NCBI GenBank assembly: GCA_951406725.2
Contig: OX597816.1
Location: 23,064,001-23,128,000, forward strand
DNA: 64,000 nt
Direction of reading: 5' to 3'
Source of the DNA: Octopus vulgaris
Taxonomy: Eukaryota
The notes below the pieces were generated by a model. That model was not told the DNA's origin. It did not search any database and saw only the letters and a program-made list of their open reading frames with translations. The position numbers and the translations under genes were made by a program. This document shows, piece by piece, positions 53,150-64,000 of this stretch (position 1 is its first letter; every line of letters begins with the position of its first letter).

Positions 53150-53376
53150 GGCACGAACCTATAGTAGGAGACACTTGCCCAAGGTGCTACGCAGTGGGAA
53201 TGAATATATATATATATACGACTGCCTTTTTTCAGTTTCCGTCTACCAAATCCACTCACAACGCTTTGGTCGGCCCGAGGCTAAAGTAGAAGACACTTTC
53301 CGAAGGTGCCACGAAGTGGGACTGAACCCTGAACCATGTGGTTGGTAAACAAGCTACTGACCACACTCCCACTCCT
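53150..53376 (-). mobile_element. SINE family A head and body fragments
   Basis: CAGTTTCCGTCTACCAAATCCACTCACAA ... CCACTCCTG. Confidence 0.75.
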
Positions 53377-53712
53377 GAGAACGATAATATTTTGAAAACA
53401 AAGGTGTTCAGTGTTTAATTTCATATGTGTGTGTGTGTGCACGTGTGTGTGGGCACGTGAATGAGTGCACGTGTGCACGTGTGTTAGTGTGTGTGTCTGC
53501 ACGTGTCTGTGTGTGTGTGCACATGCGTGTGTGCACATGCGTGTGTGTATGTGCGCATGCGCTCGTGTGCGTATGTGTGTGAGTGTGTGTTACTTACTCT
53601 GTTACTCTTTCACTTGTTTCAATCATTTGACTGTGGCCATGCTGGGGCACCACCTTTAGTCGAGCAAATTGACCCCAGGACTTATGCTTTGTAAGCCTAG
53701 TACTTATTGTAT

Positions 53713-54042
53713 CGCGCAGCTCTGCTTACCTTGGGTATGTGCTGTGGTTTGTTGTGATGCTCTTATCTTCACAGTATTGAAAGCGTTTTACGTCGGATAT
53801 GTACGGTGCCTAGTAGTGCTATTTCCTCTATGTTATATATACTTGTTAGTCCTGGTGTTAATGCTATATATTGGTCTGACTGTTTTCAGATCACACATAA
53901 TGCGCCTAATATAATAGGAATTGTTTCTGTTTTGAGACTCCACATTCGAGTTACCTCTATTTCCAGATCTTTGTATTTTGAAAGTTTCTCCTTTTCTTTT
54001 AGAGAAATATTGTCATCTGTATTATTATTATTATTATTATTA

Positions 54043-54134
<92 letters not shown>

Positions 54135-54314
54135 TAGTTTTATTTTTATAGCATGCTTTCACTTCACTACCGAGCGCAGCTCTGTTTGCCTTGGGTATGT
54201 GCTGTGATTTGTTGTGATGCTCTGATGGTTACTGTATGGAAAGTGTTCTGCGTAGGATGTGTGCAGTGCCTAGTAGTGCAATTTTCTGTATGTTATATGT
54301 GTTTGTAAGTCCTG
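53713..54314 (-). mobile_element. Two more R4/Dong-like 3' fragments separated by (TAA)n
   Basis: 53713-54020 (diverged) and 54132-54314 match the 3' end seen at 50192 and 51700. Confidence 0.8.
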
Positions 54315-54915
54315 ATTATTATTATTATTATTAGTATTAGTATTATCATCATCATCATCAGCGTCATCAGCGTCATCATTACCGCCGTCACCATTATTTC
54401 TATCATTATTGTTGAGGGTAGTACTTCATCTACTGTGATGAGCACCCAAGTCCTTCGTTTAATCATTTAGATATCGTCATTTATAAATGACACCATCGTT
54501 ATTTGCATATTGCGCCATGTAAATAATTAGCGAAATAAATAAATAAATAAATAAATAAATATATAAATAAATAAATGGCGGTTTTCTTCTCAGATTGATA
54601 TCTTCATTTCTTTCATTTTCATTTATTTAACGGCTTCTTGTCATTATTATTATCGTTTTTATATATTTTTTTACTTATTGTACGTCGATTCTATAACAAG
54701 TTAGTGTAATAGTCTGTTCATGACTGAATTCTAATTGGAATTTTGTAACAGCTGCTAACAGTGCTGTCAATGGGAATGCATTTCCAACTATATTGTGTGA
54801 AGTGAATACGTGTGTGAGTTTGCACGTGAAAAACAATACATATACATACTTATATTTACAGAGTGAGAGGGAAGGAAGGAAAGAAAGAAAGAAAGAGGGA
54901 GATACACACACACAA

Positions 54916-54970
<55 letters not shown>

Positions 54971-55111
54971 CTACATTACTATCTGACTTGAACGATTTTT
55001 ATCATACCTTTTTCTCTCTCTCTCTCTCGCTCTCGCGCCCTCCTCTTTATATATCTATCCTTATCTATATTTATGTCACTGTGTCTCCCTCTTACTTTAT
55101 ATATGTACGTG

Positions 55112-55161
<50 letters not shown>

Positions 55162-55183
55162 GATAGATAGATAGGTAGATAGG

Positions 55184-55279
<96 letters not shown>

Positions 55280-55494
55280 CAGACCTAATATGTGTCTGTC
55301 TGTCTGTTTCACTCTTTAATGAAAGAGATTCAAGATTCATTTGAAAAGATAAATTCTCATCACTCCTTAACAATACTTCATTTTCATTATTTTTTTCATA
55401 GCTCTCAGGTTTGAACTATTATTCCTAAAACTTATTCATTGTCATTTCGTCATAATTTTAATTATCTTCGAATTTATTGACGCTATTGTTATCG

Positions 55495-55497
55495 TTG

Positions 55498-55557
<60 letters not shown>

Positions 55558-55777
55558 CCATCAATATCATCATCATTATCGTGATCGTCGTCGGCGTCGT
55601 CATCATTATCACGACCACCAACAATACCACATTTTCCTCCTCATCAGTCCCATCACCAACTCTACATTCCTCTCCTGCGCGATATCATTATCAACATCAT
55701 CATCATCATCATCATCATCATCATAATCATCATCATCATAATCATCATCATCATCATCATCATAATCATCATCATCG

Positions 55778-55818
<41 letters not shown>

Positions 55819-56032
55819 GTCGTATCATCAACATCATCATCATCCTCCTCCTCATTATCATCATCATCTTCACCATCATCATCATTCTCATCATCAACAT
55901 CATCATCATCATCATCATCATCATCCTCCTCCTCATCATCATCATCATCACCATCATCATCATCGTCATCGTCATCATCATCATCATCATCACCATCATC
56001 ATTATCATCTCCATCAACAGCATCATCGACAT
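55495..56032. repeat. (CAT)n imperfect microsatellite
   Basis: Long trinucleotide tract. Confidence 0.95.
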
Positions 56033-56337
56033 CAGCTGTTGGATACAACCTCGGCACTGGATCATACTTCCGGACATTGCAAGCGAATACATTGGGATTA
56101 CTTTTTCTCCACCATCGTCCGTGAAACTTCTGACGATCTAACTTTAAATGTAAAAGAACATATGCTTGCTAATGCAATGGACAGTGATAAACTTCAGCTA
56201 AACCAGAAAACTAAGAAGAAATATCACAAGTTAGAACTGTCAATATCAACGTCGTAATCACTCTCTGCTGACAGATATTATAATTTTTACCATGTCTCGA
56301 ATTTCGATCTCAGGATGTGTATACTCTGTATGTATGT

Positions 56338-56391
<54 letters not shown>

Positions 56392-56421
56392 GTGTGTGTG
56401 TGTGTGTGTATGTATATATAT

Positions 56422-56543
<122 letters not shown>

Positions 56544-56822
56544 GGGCAGCAAACCAGTAATTCATTGGATATTTTTTGTCCTTCAATGAGATTAATTTAA
56601 CCCCTATTTAAATTTATATATATATATACATATATGTATATATATATGTATATATATATAATGAAAATATGCAATAATGCATTACCCCAGGATATCCTTG
56701 TTGGTTATTTTAATTATGATCACCCTATTTTGAATTATATGGATAATACAATACTAAATTCTGATGCTTTTAACTTAAGTGCCATATTCATCTGAATCTC
56801 AATTTTACTGAACTGAGATATG

Positions 56823-56861
<39 letters not shown>

Positions 56862-57349
56862 AGGGTTGAACGCAAATAACTCAAGGGGAAAACGTTAGAC
56901 GAAAGTAGACCGAACGGGAAGCCACACAAAAACTTAACGCACTGGAAATTTAGACAAAGTCACGATGCACGGAATATTGGCAGCGGAGTTTTCCTCGTCG
57001 ATTAATGACCTAAAATATCATAGTGATATCATGCCATTACCATTGAGACCACTCAGTCTTGGAGGCGCCAGTGACGTTATGCTACTGCGAAAAAGCTAGT
57101 GAATGTATACTAAGAGAGAAACAAACAATACATAGAAATACAAGAGGCAAAGAATTATGCATGCATAAGAGCAAGGAGCCTTGCGGCTATAAAGAATAGG
57201 AGAAAATAATTATACATATACCACAAATACAAGAGAAAGAGCTTTGCAGCTATCGAACGAACTTAGTGGGATTGCACAAAAGTGAAAGGGAGTAAATCCT
57301 AGTGGACGTAGCAGAAGCCCAGACAAGCATGACCAGTCTGGTCAAAAGC

Positions 57350-57680
57350 GGGGTGTACTTGGCGCAGTGATTACGACATTGGACTCAGTCATGAGGTAGT
57401 GACTTCGTTTCCCGGACCGTCCTGTGTTGTGTTTTTGGGCAAGACACTTTATTTCACGTTGCACCAGTTCATTCAGCTGAACAAATGAGTTGCGACTTCA
57501 CTGGTGCCAAGCTATATTGGCCTTTCCCTTTCTCTTGGATAACATCGGTGTCGTAGAGTGGAGAGGTTGGTATGGATGGGCGACTGCTGGTCTTCCATAA
57601 ACAAACTTCCCAGACTGGTGCTTCGGAGGGTAATTTTCTAGGTGCAATCCCATGGTCATTCATGAGTGTAGGGGATCTTT
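57350..57680 (+). mobile_element. SINE family C
   Basis: Homologous to 17051-17385; tail TTTCTAGGTGCAATCCCATGGTCATTC. Confidence 0.8.
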
Positions 57681-57774
57681 ACACTTTTATATATACATAT
57701 ATGTGTGTGTGTACAGGTGTGTGTGCATGTGTGTGTATGTATGTACACACACACGCAGATATATATATATATAT

Positions 57775-58050
57775 TGTTTTATTTATATTTCCTGAGCGCC
57801 ATACTAATACAATTGTTCGTTTGTTTTCCACCTGCCTTCGTCTTTTGTCTATTTTCATAAAGCTTCCCGTTATATATGTACATATATATATATATATATA
57901 TAGTTGAAATTTACAGAAAAACAAAAGACAAAGAACAACAAGCAAGCGTATTAGTTTGTTGCTCGAGAAAGGGCGAGTCTTTTATGTTTCGAGCCTACGC
58001 TCTTCAACAGAAAGGAATAATAGAAAATAAACAGAGAGATAATAAAAATC
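57775..58050. mobile_element. Tail-to-tail Penelope terminal-repeat fragments around (TA)n
   Basis: 57775-57870 matches 48965-49040; minus-strand CTTTCTGTTGAAGAGCGTAGGCTCGAAAC at ~57986-58014. Confidence 0.75.
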
Positions 58051-58166
58051 CTTGTGCATTTAGAGATATATGTACGCACATACACACGCACACACACACA
58101 CATATCTATATATGTATGTACACACATACACACATACATATATATATATATATACATATTTATGTA

Positions 58167-58204
<38 letters not shown>

Positions 58205-58931
58205 TGTGTGTACGTCTGATAAAACATAAATGGCAAACACACCAGCCGAAGGTCCAGATCAAACTGGTTTGTGAACCTCAAGAACCAGATTAATTCATCA
58301 TATGGTAAATGTGTGAGACTGGCACCGAAAAGACTCGAATGGAGATTCTTTATATTCATCCTGCTGAGAGCAGATGACACCTAATGATGGTGATGAAAAT
58401 AAATTGCCAAAAAGTGCTATCGATTCACACACATACAAAAAAAATTATCCATGTCGGAGTTTCTAAGTGTCATTGGAAACGTTAGATGTAGCAGTTAAAT
58501 TTTCCTCTAATCTTTAACAAATATCTTTAACAAATGGAAGCTCACATCGAGTATCATAGTGCAAGATAGTCAATAAATAAAAAAAATTATCAGACTGGAT
58601 GTCTTTCGTAGTAGGTATCTTCAATTAAGGTGAATTGGGCACGAAACAGTAAACACAATACAAAGTGGTGTGCCTTCAGGCATTACTCTTTTGGCCAGAG
58701 TTACAGTTTCTGAAACAAAAATTATATTATTGTCTTTGAAATCTTAGGGAATATACGAACAACATTCCAATGATCCGGATGTAAATATAATATAGAGAAT
58801 ATGTTTATTCTTTCAGGCTATTTTAACTCTGGTTATACATATATGCAGGATTGGCTTAGCTGTTACATTTCTAGTCCAAGGACAGCTCTACCAGGTCTGA
58901 ATAATATTTATTCATTCGGTAAATATGATAG

Positions 58932-59140
58932 GTGAGCTGGGCGAAATGCTTATCAGTATTTCGTCTGCCTTTACGTTCTGAGTTCAAATTCCGCCGCGGT
59001 TGACTTTGCCTTTCATCTTTCGGGGTCGATAAATTAAGTACCAGTAACGCACTGGGGTCGATGTAATCGGCTTAATCCTTTTGTCTGTCCTTGTTTGTCC
59101 CCTCAGTGTTTAGCCCCTTGTAGGTAGTAAATAAATAGGT
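58932..59140 (+). mobile_element. SINE family B
   Basis: Nin-like domain and tail as in 52709-52936. Confidence 0.85.
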
Positions 59141-61329
59141 AAATATATTAGGTGGCATAGCATAAATGGAACAGGGTGGATAAGAGACAGACAGATGAGC
59201 GACAAAAATAGAATAAAATGAGTATGGGCGCGATATAATCAACAAAAAATCTTTAGTAGCTGTGAGGCAATATCTCCGAATTTAATGATTTAAACGAAGA
59301 AAATGGTAAATATTTTTAACGTAGCAAGCGTATTATAGACGTTTGCTGTTTGCGTATATCCCTTTTCACTTGAGGATTTTAACTCATTTCCATAGACCAA
59401 CGTGAAAAGCCATCAACTTTCAAAGATGAAAAACATCATAGTGTGATAATTCACTAAAGGTTAGAATTGAACACATGTCGATAACTTGATGGTGTTTCGC
59501 ATTCGCACAAGAGCAAACATTTCTATTCAGACATATTATAGATTTAATAACCCCGCCCACAGTGAGTGTGAGGTAATTTATGGTCGCGACAAGGTGAAAG
59601 ATAATGTGAATCTAGACTTGATAGGATTTGAACTTCGAATTGGCTGATATATAACTAAATTTCATCACAAGGCATTATTTTTTCGTTTGTACATGAGTTT
59701 TGTTCTTCCACCACCCTTATGTCGAACCGCTAGCTCAACAATTTTTCGGTTCTCCTTTAGCCTATCTAATTCATCATCTGTGTCCCGAATATTATTGTGA
59801 AAACTTTTTATTCTCATAATTAATTGATTATATAATGAATATAATTTTAGTTTGTATATTTGTTTTTATGTTATTCGTTGTGACTTTTCCAAAACAAAAA
59901 GTATTTTGGTTGATTGCCATTAATGAAAGAAATGTTGCTTCCGGTTTGGCAACACTGTTTATTTTGTTATGTCCGACAATTACTAAATTCAAGATATTGT
60001 AATCATAAGAGAAATTTGTAGAGAGAGGAAATTTACAAAAAGACAGGGACATGAATCAATTTGCTATCATTTTCTTTCATTTGACACAAAGATCTTGTAA
60101 CATTGCGTGTATACAGTCAAACCAAAAACATTAAATTATTATTTTCTCGCCTACTTCTTAGGAAGGAAAAGTATTTAAAGAAAAAAAGATTATTCAGATT
60201 AACGTTTCACCAAAAACTTCCACTCGTGTTTATCATAATATGATATGATTGCTGAAATACTTCTTTAAATAATCGATATGGAAATGATAGCAAACGAAAA
60301 TTACTTTATAATACATCAATTTATCCTTCGCATATTCAATTCTAAAAATGTAATTCACTTCACTGAAACGCTTCACAATTGTAAGGAAAGCAAGATTTGA
60401 TTTTCTTCATATTTATATGTGCAACTTTGTGGTCTTTGATATCGTATTCCCTACACACATTATTATAGGAAATAATTGGAAAGCAATGTTTGGGGCAGGC
60501 AACTGAAAGAAATAACACTTTTTTTTTCCTAAGATGTTATAAGATTTTGAACTTAGAATTTCATTTCCCTGTACCTAAAGATCTGTTAATGGCTGAGAAT
60601 GATTCTTTACAGTTATGTTCTCTCATGTAGTACGTGTAATGTAGTGTAAGGAAGAAAAATAACATCTGCGCTATCCAATTGAGTATGAACGTTTGTAGAG
60701 ATCTAAGTTTTAGAGCTAAAATAAATTACGTATCTACTACTGCAAAGGAATAAAGGCTTGAAAAATATGCTTATCTCAGTTGTACACCAACAAAATTAAA
60801 TTCTGTAGGGTATGTATATTTCCCAAAAATATATAGATAATAAAATAGAATATATTAATTCTACTATATGTTATGCTGCAAAATAAATTATAAAGTTACT
60901 TCCTTTTATTACTTAAGATTATAAGACGTATAGATTTTGGAAATGTTATAAAACTTATTTTCAATGAAATCTGATACTAACAATTCAAAATACTCAGAAT
61001 ATCTTTCGAAATAATTATTGGCACTTGCATAATCCTTAAACAAGTCTCAACAATCGTTCGACACCTGTCTAAGTCTAATATGTTTGCGTGTGCTCTAGAA
61101 ATGCTACTATTATTTAACCTTATGAGTTTCGTATGCTGGGGAGTGACTACTAGTTGTGATGGTAGGTCTCTGGAGTAAAACAGATTGTTGTATTAAGTTT
61201 AGGTCACCGTTCAAATTTTACCTATGGCGATATCGGTTTTCTTTTTCTCTGCTGGGTTAATAAAATAAGCAAACCTATTACGACCCTTTTCCCCAAAATA
61301 AGGATATATTATTAGAGACTACGTACTCT

Positions 61330-61774
61330 AGCATCTCGGAAGAGTCCAGAAGCTGGCTACCCGCATGGTTCTTGGTCTCAAGCATTTGTCTTATTAAGAA
61401 AGGCTGAAGACGCTCGACCTTTATTCTCTAGAAAAACGACGTCACAACATCATAAGCGGAAAGTGTAACCTCTCGAAAGACCTGTTCTTCACTCATGCTC
61501 CAGAGCGTCGGCTGCGGGGTCACTCCGAAAAGCTCTATCTGCGACGATTTCATCTCAATCGAAGGAGAAGGGCTTTCTCCATCCGGGTTGCGGATCCGTG
61601 GAATAAGCTACCGGACAAGATAGTGAAGATGCCGACGACCGCTCGGTTCAAAGTCTCCCTCGACCACCAGTGGCCTGAATTCTTTACATGAACACCACCT
61701 TGTACATAACTCCATGTCCCCCTACATGGCCTTGCTTTTTGCTTTTTGAGCCTAAAAATTAACTAACAAACTAA
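61330..61774 (+). mobile_element. CR1-type LINE 3' fragment
   Basis: Manual translation RVQKLATRMVLGLKHLSY*ERLKTLDLYSLEKR...RGHSEKL...FSIRVADPWNKLP; (AACT)n-like tail. Confidence 0.75.
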
Positions 61775-61835
61775 GGATGCACCACACACGTATAGGCACA
61801 CAAGCAGTTATCTAGACTAGGGTGATACGTATATG

Positions 61836-61879
<44 letters not shown>

Positions 61880-61882
<3 letters not shown>

Positions 61883-62166
61883 AGGCGCAATGACCCAGAC
61901 ATTAGGGCAGCGGACTCGCGGTTTCGATTCCCAGACCGGGTGTTGTGTGTGTTTATTGAGCGAAAACACCTAAAGCTTCACAAGGCGCCGGCAGCGGGTT
62001 GTAGCGACCCTTGTTGTACTCTTTCGCCACAACTTTTTCTCAATCTCTCTTCCTTGTTTTTTGAGTTACGCTACGATGGACTGGCGTCCCGTCCAGCTGG
62101 GGGAACACATACGACACAGAAAGCGGGAAACAGGGCCCATGAGCCTAGCTAGGCTTGAAAAGGGCG
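61880..62166 (+). mobile_element. tRNA-derived SINE (head related to family C)
   Basis: GGAGGCGCAATG...GGTTTCGATTCCCAGACCGGG.GTTGTG..TGTTTATTGAGCGAAAACAC. Confidence 0.6.
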
Positions 62167-62374
62167 ACGTTATATATATATATTTTTTTTGTTGTCCGAA
62201 AAAAGTTCGTTTTCCATGTTTTTCTTGTTTTTTATATTCTCGTTTTTCACTTTGTTAACGTTTTTGTGACGTCCTTTACCCATATATACATGCATATATA
62301 CATATATATATATTTATTATTATATTATTAAATGATCGAAGCCACGCATCCATTTCCCAGTAAGCATATATATA

Positions 62375-62449
<75 letters not shown>

Positions 62450-62451
<2 letters not shown>

Positions 62452-62670
62452 GAGGTGATGCTGAACAGTTACTGGCTTTGGGTAAAAAAAATACATAAGT
62501 ATCAGTTAAGTATGAATTTATTCACCATGTTCCTCTCTCTCTGGTTCACACACTTATTGCAGCGGTCCTTCAGTTTTTCTGATCCCTTTAAAATAACTCG
62601 GAATGTTGGGCCTCTCACCAGGCGTTTCGAGACACTCTTAGAGCCAGGAACCTTTCTCCAACCCCTTGTA
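62450..62670. mobile_element. Mariner-like MITE
   Basis: Imperfect TIRs ACGAGGTGATGCTGAACAGTTACTGGCT / AGCCAGGAACCTTTCTCCAACCCCTTGTA. Confidence 0.5.
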
Positions 62671-63387
62671 TATGTGTGTATGCGTATGTATGTATACATG
62701 CATGTATGTATGTGTATACGTATGTGAGTGTGTGTGCGCTGTATATGTATATATATATATATATATATAAACATGATGTATATGATTGAATTTTATGAAT
62801 GTGTGAGTGCACGTATATATAATTATTAAGTCAAGTTACAAAAACAGAGAAAATCAACTCAAACATTCTCTGACAAGCATATATACTGACTTATATTGAT
62901 AGATCAATTTTCGACTTTAGCATTCAGTTCTTTAATTTTTATTTACTTATTTTTCTCCTTTTAAATAGATGAAGCATCATTATGATTTTAGAACACGCTT
63001 TTCTATCATTTAGCCCTATCATTTTACTTATTACGTTAACATCTTTTTGTTTCCATAAATATGTAAACGTGTTTTTGTTTGTTATTCGTTATTTCTTTCT
63101 CTTCTCCCGTGTCATAACGTAAGCGATATATAATAAAATACACCATAAAATAAACTAAGCATATTGATTCAATATCAATAAAGAAAATGTTAGTTTCTAG
63201 GTGATAGATTGTACTTAGAAAAAATTGAGACACTCCGTAAGGCCCCATTAATCACCAAAAATACAAAAACTGTTTTGGTGCAGCTATTGAATTTTGTCAA
63301 AGTAAAGATAATGTTTTTGTTATTTTTGATGGTATTAGGAGGTGCTGTTAGGAGATACTTCAAGTCGCCAATTCAGTCTTTACAAAA

Positions 63388-63862
<475 letters not shown>

Positions 63863-64000
63863 AGCCGATCGATAATAAGCTAATAGATATTTTTACTTCA
63901 ATAACTTATGGGACATGTCTTGTATACACATTTAGATATTAAATGTAGGAGAAAAAAAAAAGACAAAAATCACATTTTATGAGACATAAACCCTACAGAG

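Noticed and set aside
55581-56141. Poly-His / poly-Asp protein
   Set aside because: (CAT)n repeat open in several frames on both strands; no domain or splice evidence

Overview
AT-rich eukaryotic, repeat-dominated window with no recognisable host protein-coding gene. The SINE families and dense (TA)n/(TG)n/(GATA)n/(TAA)n microsatellites resemble an octopus (cephalopod) genome; this assignment is from recall, not a search. Contents: a nearly complete CR1-clade LINE (ORF1 with two CCCH fingers, APE+RT ORF2 with one frameshift); a 5'-truncated Penelope-like (Neptune-type, GIY-YIG) element; R4/Dong-like RLE LINE fragments in (TAA)n; Helitrons, including a head-to-tail dimer and a PIF1-bearing copy; Tc1/mariner relics, including DD37D; a 117-bp satellite of about 30 copies; and many tRNA-derived SINEs. 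Most notable: (1) several sequence-unrelated small type-I hammerhead ribozyme (HHR) motifs, found in palindromic non-coding inserts within (TA)n, in the Penelope terminal repeat, and at the 3' end of a tRNA-headed SINE; (2) two tandem ORF1-only L1/Tx1-like elements that appear inserted at one site in a SINE tRNA head; (3) a satellite whose birth from a SINE-tail/flank junction can be read from the sequence. All alignments and counts were done by eye.
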